Origin: a candidate division WOR-3 bacterium
GTDB lineage: Bacteria > Hydrothermota > Tepidihabitantia > SM23-42 > JAOAFX01
Direction: 5' to 3'
NCBI GenBank assembly: GCA_037444665.1
Contig: JBBILZ010000001.1
Location: forward strand, 1 to 64,000
Length of the DNA stretch: 64,000 nt
Position 1 is the first letter of the stretch. Each line of letters starts with the position of its first letter. This document shows positions 28,670 to 37,712 of this stretch, in pieces. The position numbers and the translations under genes are program-made. The notes under the pieces are model-generated. The model saw only the letters and a list, made by a program, of their open reading frames with translations. It did not search any database and was not told the DNA's origin.

Positions 28670-29902
28670 TTATTTTAATCTCCAGATAGGACGGCCTAAA
28701 ACATATAGTAATATTGAATAAATTAAAGTAATAGAAGCTGCAATCAATATGGCAATCCTTTCGCCCAAAATATGTGCTACAGTACCGATCCAGAGTGCGC
28801 CAAAGGGCAAAAGACCAAAAAAGACAAAGGTATAGATTCCCATTACCCTACCCCGCATCCCTTCTTCAACCTGCAATTGAACAAGGGAATTGCTGAGGTT
28901 CATAATTAAAATCTGGGACATACCCGCACAAAAAAGGAAGACAATGGATAAAAGAAATCTATCTGAACCAGTAAAAAGAATAATAAAGACAGGGAACAAA
29001 GATGTCCCGATACTGAGCAGTTTGCCCTTGAAATTAAAAATACCTAAGGAAGCAATAAAAAGTGCTGATGTCAATGCGCCAAGACCACGCGCAGTTTGAA
29101 GAAACCCATTGGTTCGTGCATCACCATGAAGGATCTTCACTGCCCAGGCAGGTAAGAGCGTAGAAAAGGTAACACCAAATAATGCCATTATTGCAATGGT
29201 AAGAACAAGTAGCCGAATTGTTGGATGTCTGAAAGTATATCTGATACCCTGTTTCAAATCCTCAAATGGAGAGTTTACTTTGTTTTTAACAAATTCAAAT
29301 ACAATCTTCATTTTGAAAAGGGCACTGATGACAGCAATAAATGTAATTCCGTTAATAACAAAACACCAGCCAGGACCGAGTGCGGCATAAATTATACCAC
29401 CCATTGCTGGTCCCAGGGCAATTGCAGTATTAAACATTGCAGAGTTCAGGGCAATGGCATTTGTTAATGCCTCGGGTTCAACCAGTTCACGAACAAATGC
29501 CTGGCGTGCTGGTGCATCAAATGCATTGGCAATACCCATACAGGCAGCCAGAAGAATAATATGCCAGGCCTGAACAACTTTCAAAAAAGTTAAAGATGCC
29601 AGAATAAATGCGAGTATCATCATCGCTGTTTGTGTAATAAATAGTATCTTTTTTCTGGGAACACGGTCAGCAATCACCCCGGCATAGAGCATAAAAATCC
29701 AGGTAGGCAGTCCTGCGGCAAAACCCACATAACCTAAATATGCAGGAGAGTGTGTCAATTCATAGATAAAAAAACCCTGGGCAGTGGTCTGCATCCAGGT
29801 GCCAAAGAGTGAGACGAGCTGTCCAAAAAACCAGAGTTTGTAATTGGGATATTTCAGTGCCAGAAATGTCTTATGCCAGAAAAATTTTCTATCTGCTTCC
29901 AT
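28670..29902 (-). CDS. MFS transporter (MFS_3/DHA3-like)
   Basis: GQLVSLFGTWMQ, AFDAPARQA, NAIALNS, MRGRVMG; about 12 TM helices. Confidence 0.9.
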   Translation of the reverse strand: MEADRKFFWHKTFLALKYPNYKLWFFGQLVSLFGTWMQTTAQGFFIYELTHSPAYLGYVGFAAGLPTWIFMLYAGVIADRVPRKKILFITQTAMMILAFILASLTFLKVVQAWHIILLAACMGIANAFDAPARQAFVRELVEPEALTNAIALNSAMFNTAIALGPAMGGIIYAALGPGWCFVINGITFIAVISALFKMKIVFEFVKNKVNSPFEDLKQGIRYTFRHPTIRLLVLTIAIMALFGVTFSTLLPAWAVKILHGDARTNGFLQTARGLGALTSALFIASLGIFNFKGKLLSIGTSLFPVFIILFTGSDRFLLSIVFLFCAGMSQILIMNLSNSLVQLQVEEGMRGRVMGIYTFVFFGLLPFGALWIGTVAHILGERIAILIAASITLIYSILLYVLGRPIWRLK

Positions 29903-30764
29903 AATCACTGAGCCCGAACTGTTCCAGTATTCTCAATGTATTACGATACTCTTCAGGACTAATACGACGATTGAGTTCACGATATTCATTTGCGCGATAA
30001 CTTGGATGATACTGGTCCATTACATTAATAAATGAATTCTTTGATATCTCGCTGGCAATAAATTCAAAGACACTCTCTGATGCAGCAAGATTATTGGGTA
30101 GAACCAGATGGCGTATTATTAATCCCTTTGTGGCAATACCATCTTCTATTATTAAATCTCCAACCTGCCTGTGCATCTCTTTCAATGCCTGTCTAACAGC
30201 ATCCCAGTAATCTGGAACTTTTGAATATTTTTCACCATTTTCATTATTTCCATATTTGATATCGGGCATATAAATATCAATTATACCTTCAAGTAATTTT
30301 AGTGTTTTTATAGATTCATAACCACCGCAATTATACACAATAGGCAAATGCAATCCATTCTCCTGCGCTATTGCCGATGCTTCAATAATCTGCGGCACCC
30401 AGGGTGTGGGCGTGACAAGGTTTATATTATGGCAGCCCAGTTCCTGCAAATCAAGCATCATCTGCGCAAGCACTTCAATACTTATCTCGCGTCCCAGACC
30501 AAGTTGGCTGATATCATAATTCTGGCAATAGATGCAATGCAAATTGCAGTGAGTAAAAAAAATTGTGCCAGAGCCGAATCTACCAACAAGACAGAATTCC
30601 TCACCAAAATGTTGGTGATAGGAAGAAACCTTCGGTCTCAATCCTGCTTTACAATTTCCCGTCTCACCTTTCAGCCGATTAACTTTACACTCCCTGGGGC
30701 AGAGCTGACAGGGGTTGAGCAATTTATAAAATTCGGCAATCAATTCCCCGGTAATTTTTTTCAT
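29889..30764 (-). CDS. Radical SAM protein, PflX-like
   Basis: CQLCPREC N-terminus, CNLHCIYC, HNINLVTP, YMPDIKY, RHLVLP. Confidence 0.9.
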   Translation of the reverse strand: MKKITGELIAEFYKLLNPCQLCPRECKVNRLKGETGNCKAGLRPKVSSYHQHFGEEFCLVGRFGSGTIFFTHCNLHCIYCQNYDISQLGLGREISIEVLAQMMLDLQELGCHNINLVTPTPWVPQIIEASAIAQENGLHLPIVYNCGGYESIKTLKLLEGIIDIYMPDIKYGNNENGEKYSKVPDYWDAVRQALKEMHRQVGDLIIEDGIATKGLIIRHLVLPNNLAASESVFEFIASEISKNSFINVMDQYHPSYRANEYRELNRRISPEEYRNTLRILEQFGLSDYGSR

Positions 30765-30805
30765 TTATAATTCAGGTATTCAGGCATTTTTGATTTTCAG
30801 GTTGT

Positions 30806-31852
30806 TTACTTTTCTCCATACCGATAATATGCAGCACAAGACCCTTCAGATGAAACCATACAGGCACCAACTGGACTGCCCGGAGTACACTTTTTGCCAA
30901 ATAGTGGGCACTCGTGTGGAATCTTTAGCCCTAACAAGACCTTACCACAGATACAACCCTTTGGCTTTTGCACCTCAGGAATTTTAATATCATATTTTTT
31001 TGTAGCATCAAATCGCTGATACAATTTTTTTAATGTAAGTCCAGATTCAGGGATAATACCAATCCCGCGCCATTGCGAATCCACTGGCTCAAATACTCTA
31101 TCAAGCAATTTTAAGGCAGTTGTATTACCTTCGGGTTTGACCACCCGGTTATATTCAATCTCTATATACGCCTGGTTTTTGCATATCTGCTCAACCAAAT
31201 TTTTAATCCCTAATAGTATATCAATCGGTTCAAAACCTGTAATACAACCAGGTATGTGATATTTTTCTGCAATCAAGGTGTATGGTTTTGAGCCAATAAT
31301 CGTTGAAACATGTCCGGGCAAAATAAAACCATTGACATTGAGCCGGGGCGATTGAGCAATAAATTCCAGGGCAGGCGGAATAATTTTGAACGCAGGAATT
31401 ATATAAAAATTTTTGATATCTTTTTTTTCAGCCTCAAGAATGGTTGCGGCGACTGTGGGCGATGTGGTTTCAAAACCTACGCCGATAAATACTACATCTT
31501 TGTGTAAATTGTCCTGAGCAATAGCCAGCGCATCCATTGGCGAATAAATAATCTTTGGATGATAAATTTCAAGGCTACCTTGCGAACCGGGCACACGCAC
31601 CATATCACCGAATGTCGTAATTATCACATTTTTTTGCCGGGCAAGTTCTATGGTCCAATCAATAATGTTTTGTGGTGTTACACAGACCGGGCAACCAGGT
31701 CCAGAAAGGAGTTTTAAATTCTTCGGCATCATCTTTCTTATACCTGCACGGGCAATTGCCATGGTGTGCGTTCCACAAACCTCCATCAGAGCAATAGGTT
31801 TCTTTACATTATTCCTAATCTGCCTGACAATTTCTTCAACTGGATTTTTCAT
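30806..31852 (-). CDS. hypD: Hydrogenase maturation protein HypD
   Basis: MEVCGTHT, GPGCPVCVT, GFETT, PGHVS, GACMVSSEGSC. Confidence 0.97.
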   Translation of the reverse strand: MKNPVEEIVRQIRNNVKKPIALMEVCGTHTMAIARAGIRKMMPKNLKLLSGPGCPVCVTPQNIIDWTIELARQKNVIITTFGDMVRVPGSQGSLEIYHPKIIYSPMDALAIAQDNLHKDVVFIGVGFETTSPTVAATILEAEKKDIKNFYIIPAFKIIPPALEFIAQSPRLNVNGFILPGHVSTIIGSKPYTLIAEKYHIPGCITGFEPIDILLGIKNLVEQICKNQAYIEIEYNRVVKPEGNTTALKLLDRVFEPVDSQWRGIGIIPESGLTLKKLYQRFDATKKYDIKIPEVQKPKGCICGKVLLGLKIPHECPLFGKKCTPGSPVGACMVSSEGSCAAYYRYGEK

Positions 31853-31875
31853 ATTGTGAGTAAAAATTGTAACAA

Positions 31876-33048
31876 TTAAATTTTTTCAACCTTGTGATAA
31901 TACATCACCACACGGCTGCGTCCAGCATTTTTTGCCTCATATAATGCCTTGTCAGCATTCTTTATCAATTCTGAAGGATTTAGGCCATCATCAGGATACG
32001 CAGCTACCCCTGCGGAAAATTCAATCTTTTTTTCACCAGGTGAATGGGTGGAGTCGTATATTTTAAAATTACTCAACAAATTTGCCACCATTTTTGCTGC
32101 TTCTTCTTTTTTCGTCTCCGGGAACATAACGATAAATTCATCACCACCGTACCTACCTACCAGGTCTGTATCACGGAAATATTTACTGAAAATCTGTGAT
32201 AGACGAATTAATAACTGGTCACCTGCCTGATGGCCAAATGTATCATTGAAATATTTAAAATTATCAAGGTCAATAATTGCTATAGCAAGACTGTGCTGGA
32301 ATCTTTTTGCCCGGTTCAACTCTTCGGCAAGTTTATCCCTGAAGAATCCAATGTTATATAGTTTTGTCAGCGGGTCAATTGACGCAAGGTCGCGCATAAT
32401 AGCTAAACTCATCGTATTCTGAAGTGCGGTTGAGGCGATCCGAACAACCACGCCAACAATGTTTTTTTCCCTTTCATCAAGGGAATTCTCGCGCTTGAAT
32501 GCAATAACACCAAATAACCTATTTTGATACACGAGAGGATAACAAATATCAGGTGTAAAAAATATATATGGTTCTTTAATCCTTAAAACTTCTGATTCAT
32601 GCGTTCCCAGAGGCATCCTTTTTTCAGCAGTCACACCTACCCTGCCTTCGCCAACATCATAAACGAGTTTGGGCAACCAATTTTCATTCAATCCATGATG
32701 GGCAACGAGGTTTAATCGCTTCTCTTTTTCATCAAGAAAGAATAAAGCAACCTGGTCAGAATTGAGGTAATTATTCAAAAAACCTGTGATTTCCGTAGCA
32801 ATCTCAAGTGGGTCTAATCGTGAGGTTAAACGAATTATTGAAGAAAATAAGAGATTGTCCTGAGATGTGATATTGCGTAATTCATTGCGCATGCTAATAT
32901 TTTCCTGTTTCTGTCGTTCCAGTTCATCGGTCAATATCGCAATCTGGGACAATATTTCACTTTTTTTCTGTGTTTTTTGTGCCACAATGACTATGATAAT
33001 TATCAAACCTATAACCAGAATTATGGCACCAGTAATTATATATTCCAT
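31876..33048 (-). CDS. Membrane-anchored GAF + GGDEF diguanylate cyclase
   Basis: N-terminal TM, GAF-like region, DPLT, DLDNFK..ND.FGH..GD, RYGGDEF. Confidence 0.92.
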   Translation of the reverse strand: MEYIITGAIILVIGLIIIIVIVAQKTQKKSEILSQIAILTDELERQKQENISMRNELRNITSQDNLLFSSIIRLTSRLDPLEIATEITGFLNNYLNSDQVALFFLDEKEKRLNLVAHHGLNENWLPKLVYDVGEGRVGVTAEKRMPLGTHESEVLRIKEPYIFFTPDICYPLVYQNRLFGVIAFKRENSLDEREKNIVGVVVRIASTALQNTMSLAIMRDLASIDPLTKLYNIGFFRDKLAEELNRAKRFQHSLAIAIIDLDNFKYFNDTFGHQAGDQLLIRLSQIFSKYFRDTDLVGRYGGDEFIVMFPETKKEEAAKMVANLLSNFKIYDSTHSPGEKKIEFSAGVAAYPDDGLNPSELIKNADKALYEAKNAGRSRVVMYYHKVEKI

Positions 33049-33065
33049 TCTACACCAGTTATTTT

Positions 33066-33093
33066 ATTATATACAATATTTTAAAAAAATCAA
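33066..33093 (-). promoter_or_regulatory. Promoter TTGATT-N16-TATAAT
   Basis: Hexamers upstream of the GGDEF gene. Confidence 0.6.
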
Positions 33094-33179
33094 TAGGTCA
33101 CTCTTAGTCCCTTGTCATACTGTTATGCAACCCGTTTTCCCAATTTGTTAAATGGTAATTAGTAAATGATTAAATTTGG

Positions 33180-33272
33180 ATAAGTAAGTAGTAAGTAGCG
33201 AATAACGAAACCAGATAAACTAAAAAGACTAAATAGACCAGAGAAATCCAGTATCGAGTATCCAGTATCAAG
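33180..33272. repeat. Degenerate short tandem repeats (7-9-mers)
   Basis: taagtaagtagtaagtag; taaactaaaaagactaaatagacca; atccagtatcgagtatccagtatc. Confidence 0.6.
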
Positions 33273-33295
33273 GAAGCATCCGCGTCCTATAACCA

Positions 33296-33382
33296 ATAAC
33301 CATACTGGCTGCTATGCCCTACAACCTTAGACCTGTTTCTAACCAATCCCTGATATAGTGCCCGATAAATCGGGCGATTACA
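33296..33382 (+). repeat. Dispersed repeat family B with gcccgataaatcgggc hairpin
   Basis: Homologous to the reverse complement of 24761-24848. Confidence 0.85.
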
Positions 33383-33435
33383 CCTCTGGCAAAAGCAGAT
33401 GATAAATCAGAAAACTCAGGAGAGTCAGAACCATA

Positions 33436-33463
33436 TTGACACAGACATATTTCAGTGTAGAAT
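33436..33463 (+). promoter_or_regulatory. Promoter TTGACA-N16-TAGAAT for the rtcB operon
   Basis: Hexamers upstream of AAGGAGG and the ATG at 33535. Confidence 0.7.
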
Positions 33464-33534
33464 ATATTGCCCATATTTAATATGGGTTCGCCAATCTATT
33501 TTTATAAATTTAAATATTGATTAAGGAGGTCACC

Positions 33535-34989
33535 ATGGCGTGGCAAGGCGAACTGATTAAATTGGATGAATACCATTATAAAATACCAAAAACTTATAAA
33601 AGCGGTATGAAAACCGATGGCATTATATTTGCTTCTCCAAAGATGCTGGAAAAGATAAAAGAGGACCTGGCACCTGAACAGGTAGCAAATGTCGCAACCC
33701 TTCCTGGTATTGTTGGCTATTCACTGGCAATGCCTGATATCCATTGGGGCTATGGATTTGCCATTGGTGGTGTGGCAGGATTTGATATAAAAGAAGGTAT
33801 TATCTCACCAGGTGGTGTTGGTTATGATATAAATTGTGGTGTAAGACTTCTCAGAACAAATCTCAAGTATGCAGAAATAAAAAATAGAATAAAGGACCTG
33901 GTGCAGGCAATCTTCCATAATGTACCATCTGGTGTTGGTTCTACAGGCAAAATTAGAATTGACGAGCGTGAGGTAAAAGAGGTTCTGTTATATGGTGCTC
34001 AATGGGCATTAAAAAAAGGCTATGGCTGGAAACGGGATATTGATAAGATAGAAGAGAATGGAATGTTGAAAGGTGCAAATCCAGAAAAGGTTTCAAAGAG
34101 GGCAATTGAAAGGGGTAGACCCCAATTGGGCACACTCGGTGCAGGAAACCACTTCCTTGAAATCCAGATCGTAGAAGATATTTATGATACTGAAGCAGCA
34201 AAAATTATGGGAATCTATGAAACCGGTCAGATAACTGTTATGATACACACTGGTTCAAGAGGGCTTGGTTATCAAATCTGTGATGATAATGTAAAAACAC
34301 TGGGTAATGCAGTGCATAAGTACGGCATAAATATTCCTGATAGACAACTTGCCTGCGCACCGATTGAATCTCCCGAAGGAAAATCTTATTTTGAACAGAT
34401 GGCTTGTGCAGCAAATTACGCCTGGGCAAATCGTCAGTGTATAATGCACTGGGTGAGAGAGGCATTTGAAAAGACCCTGAACAAAAAAGCAGAAGATTTA
34501 GAAATGGAACTCATTTATGATGTTGCTCATAATATTGCCAAATTTGAGGAACATCAGGTAGCAGAACAGATAAAAAAAATTTGCGTTCATCGTAAGGGCG
34601 CAACCAGGGCATTTGTGGCTGGGCACAAGGATGTTCCAGAGGTTTATAAAAAGATTGGACAGCCAGTCTTAATACCTGGTGATATGGGCTCACACTCTTA
34701 TCTATTATTAGGGACAGAACAGGCAATGAAAGAAACATTCGGCTCAACCTGCCATGGTGCAGGAAGGCTGCTTTCCAGAACAAAGGCACTTGATGTAACC
34801 AGAGGAAGAAGGATTGATAAGGAACTTGAGGCAAAAGGAATCTTTGTCCTCTGCGCATCAAATGATGTTTTAAGAGAAGAAGTTCCAGAAGCATATAAAG
34901 ATATTGATGTGGTGATTGAAGCAGTTGTAGGTGCGGGAATATCAAAAAAGGTAGCCCGTATGAGACCACTCGGTGTGGTGAAAGGTTAA
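33535..34989 (+). CDS. rtcB: RNA-splicing/repair ligase RtcB
   Basis: MPDIHWGYGF, GYDINCG, GNHFLE, HTGSRG, HRKGA, STCHGAGR. Confidence 0.97.
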   Translation: MAWQGELIKLDEYHYKIPKTYKSGMKTDGIIFASPKMLEKIKEDLAPEQVANVATLPGIVGYSLAMPDIHWGYGFAIGGVAGFDIKEGIISPGGVGYDINCGVRLLRTNLKYAEIKNRIKDLVQAIFHNVPSGVGSTGKIRIDEREVKEVLLYGAQWALKKGYGWKRDIDKIEENGMLKGANPEKVSKRAIERGRPQLGTLGAGNHFLEIQIVEDIYDTEAAKIMGIYETGQITVMIHTGSRGLGYQICDDNVKTLGNAVHKYGINIPDRQLACAPIESPEGKSYFEQMACAANYAWANRQCIMHWVREAFEKTLNKKAEDLEMELIYDVAHNIAKFEEHQVAEQIKKICVHRKGATRAFVAGHKDVPEVYKKIGQPVLIPGDMGSHSYLLLGTEQAMKETFGSTCHGAGRLLSRTKALDVTRGRRIDKELEAKGIFVLCASNDVLREEVPEAYKDIDVVIEAVVGAGISKKVARMRPLGVVKG

Positions 34990-34991
34990 AA

Positions 34992-36359
34992 ATGATAGAA
35001 AAATTAAAATCCATGCTTTCAAAAATTGATACAGATTATGCAGACCTGCGTTATGAAATAAAAAATGAAATCAAGATTGTCCTTTCAGGTAAAGATATTG
35101 TTGAAGTGAGTTCCTGCCCGACTGACGGCTTTGTGCTCAGGGTGATAAAAAATAAATCATTCGCTTCTATTGCCTTCACAAAAACAGATGATTTTGAAAA
35201 GGCACTAAAGACTGCATTTAATAATGCAGAGGTAATGTCTAAAAACAATGGCATTGCCATTGAATTTGCGCCAGTTCCGATTGTTAAGGATTGTTTCATA
35301 CCAGAATTAAAAGAAGACCCGTCTAAGATATCAATAGAAGAAAAGATTGCATTGACCCGTCACTATAATGAAATTCCCTATCAGGTTCCAAATATAATGC
35401 ATACAGATATTGCATACAATGAAGTAATCAGAGAAAAATATTTTGTCAGTTCTGAAGGCTCAGAAATATCTGAAAAACTTGTAACGACCCGCATTGCCGG
35501 TTCAATCATTAGCAGTGATGGCAAGATTATTCAAACAGTGCGTGTGGGTGTTGGTGGAAGTAATGCTTTCAATATACTACGAAACCGCGACCAGGAATTT
35601 ATAAAAAAAGCAGAAATTGTCAGCAATCTATTAAAGGCAGAGCCAATCAGTGGCGGAACTTATAATGTCATTTTGAATCAGAGCCTGGGTGGAGTATTTA
35701 CCCATGAAGCATTCGGACACTTCTCTGAAGCGGATTTGATTGAAAATAATCCATCTATGCGGGAAAAAATGAAGATTGGTGCACAATTGGGTACCGAGAT
35801 TCTCAATATTAAGGATGACCCTACTATTCCTGACCAGCTCGGTCATTATAAATATGATGATGAAGGCGTGCAGGCAACACCGGTTCAGTTGCTAAAGAAT
35901 GGTATACTTACAGGCAGACTCCATTCACGCCGGACAGCAAAGGCATTTAATGAACCATTCAATGGTCATTGCGTTGCTGAAGATTATCATTTTGCACCGA
36001 TAATAAGAATGGGAACAATATTTATCCAGCCTGGCAATAAATCATTTGAAGAACTACTCCAGATTTTGGGTGATGGCTTGTATCTCTGCGATGCAATGGG
36101 TGGACAGACCAGTGGCGAGAATTTTACATTTGCTGCCCAGTATGGCTATAGAGTAAAAGCAGGAAAAATTGCAGGACTCATACGCGACATAAATATTTCT
36201 GGAAATCTATACGATACCCTGAATAATATTCAGGCAATTGGCAATGATTTGAAATTAGGCGAAATTGGCGGATGTGGCAAAGGGCAGATCAATATCCGCT
36301 CTTGTTATGGTGCCCCTCATATAGTTATTAAAAATCTCATTGTTGGAGGCGTTCAATGA
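34992..36359 (+). CDS. tldD: TldD metalloprotease
   Basis: HEAFGHFSEAD, YDDEG, GGCGKGQ. Confidence 0.92.
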   Translation: MIEKLKSMLSKIDTDYADLRYEIKNEIKIVLSGKDIVEVSSCPTDGFVLRVIKNKSFASIAFTKTDDFEKALKTAFNNAEVMSKNNGIAIEFAPVPIVKDCFIPELKEDPSKISIEEKIALTRHYNEIPYQVPNIMHTDIAYNEVIREKYFVSSEGSEISEKLVTTRIAGSIISSDGKIIQTVRVGVGGSNAFNILRNRDQEFIKKAEIVSNLLKAEPISGGTYNVILNQSLGGVFTHEAFGHFSEADLIENNPSMREKMKIGAQLGTEILNIKDDPTIPDQLGHYKYDDEGVQATPVQLLKNGILTGRLHSRRTAKAFNEPFNGHCVAEDYHFAPIIRMGTIFIQPGNKSFEELLQILGDGLYLCDAMGGQTSGENFTFAAQYGYRVKAGKIAGLIRDINISGNLYDTLNNIQAIGNDLKLGEIGGCGKGQINIRSCYGAPHIVIKNLIVGGVQ

Positions 36360-37669
36360 AAGATTTTTTATCATTGGTAAAACAGAAAGTAGACCAGGCT
36401 GAATTGTATTTTTATCAATCAACATATAATTCAATTAACTATCAAAATGGAATACTGGATAACATTGATGCAACCATTCAGTGTGGCTACTCTTTAAGGA
36501 TTATAAAAAACAATACACTCGGTTTTGCCTATACTAAAAATCTTAATGACCCCGAATCATTGCTACAGGGTGCACTCAGTTCACTCAATGCAGGAACGAA
36601 AACCAGCCTCAGGTTCCCCTCACATCAGAATAAGAGATTACTCAATACTTATGAACCGGCAATAGAAACATTCGACTCAAAACAGGCAGCTGAAGAATGT
36701 AATCGGATTATAGAAATTCTCAAGGGAAAATTGAATACCAAAATTGATATTCATCAGGTCTACGGTACAGAAGAGATGACCATATTAAACACCAGTGGTG
36801 CTGAACTGTCAAATAAATTTTCTTATTATCTGTTTATAGGTATTGCAGTATTCCCACACACTGCAAGTGGTCTTATGTATATTCTTAAAGATAAAAAATT
36901 TTCTCCAGTGCCCGATGCTGACCTATCTGATTTTATAAATATGTACAAGCAGGCAGAGCCTGAATGTAAATTAAATAGTGGTAGAATGAAGGTTCTATTT
37001 TTACCCGATACTCTATACACCCTGCTCTGGCGTTTTGCGAGTGGAACTGCGGGCAGTAATATCTATTACAAAAAATCTCCGCTCATTAATAAAATAGGAC
37101 AAAAGATATTCAGTGAGAAATTAACAATCTTAGAAGACCCGCACAATGACAATTATCCATTAGCCCGTGCCTTTGACGACGAAGGAACAGAGACACAAAA
37201 ATTGTCTCTGGTTGAAAACGGAATATTAAAAAACTTTTATTATGACCTCTTCTATGCAGATAAAATGGGAACATCATCTACTGGCAATGGCTATAAAAGT
37301 ATGATGTGGGGTGGTGAAACTGCTTCATTAAAACCTGCCCCCAGTTTGAGCCATACTGTTATTAAACCCGGTGATAAGAATTTGAAAGAATTAATAGCTA
37401 CAATAGATAAAGGAATCATTGTGGCGGGTGTGCTTGGTGCACACAGCGGCAATATACCAAATGGCGATTTCTCAATAGGCGTGGAACCCTGCTTATATGT
37501 AGAAAAAGGGCAAATTTTAGGCAGGGCAAAGAATACAATGATTGCCGGCAATATCTATGATGTAATGAAGAATGTTGTCGCAATTGAAGACAGGCTACAT
37601 CAAGTACTCGCAGCAGGCAAAGCCTTACCCTCTATACTTTTTGATGAAATAATGGTGGTGAGTGCATAA
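36356..37669 (+). CDS. pmbA: TldE/PmbA family protein
   Basis: FDDEG, GAHSGN..GDFS, IAGN; lacks HExxH; coupled to tldD. Confidence 0.88.
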   Translation: MKDFLSLVKQKVDQAELYFYQSTYNSINYQNGILDNIDATIQCGYSLRIIKNNTLGFAYTKNLNDPESLLQGALSSLNAGTKTSLRFPSHQNKRLLNTYEPAIETFDSKQAAEECNRIIEILKGKLNTKIDIHQVYGTEEMTILNTSGAELSNKFSYYLFIGIAVFPHTASGLMYILKDKKFSPVPDADLSDFINMYKQAEPECKLNSGRMKVLFLPDTLYTLLWRFASGTAGSNIYYKKSPLINKIGQKIFSEKLTILEDPHNDNYPLARAFDDEGTETQKLSLVENGILKNFYYDLFYADKMGTSSTGNGYKSMMWGGETASLKPAPSLSHTVIKPGDKNLKELIATIDKGIIVAGVLGAHSGNIPNGDFSIGVEPCLYVEKGQILGRAKNTMIAGNIYDVMKNVVAIEDRLHQVLAAGKALPSILFDEIMVVSA

Positions 37670-37712
37670 AAACTAAATAATTAAATCTTGTAGTATTAGT
37701 GGTTCAAATTTT

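Noticed and set aside
33180..33420. CRISPR array in the repeat-rich intergenic regions (also 60800-61200)
   Set aside because: No constant 25-40-bp repeats with unique spacers and no cas genes; only degenerate short tandem repeats.
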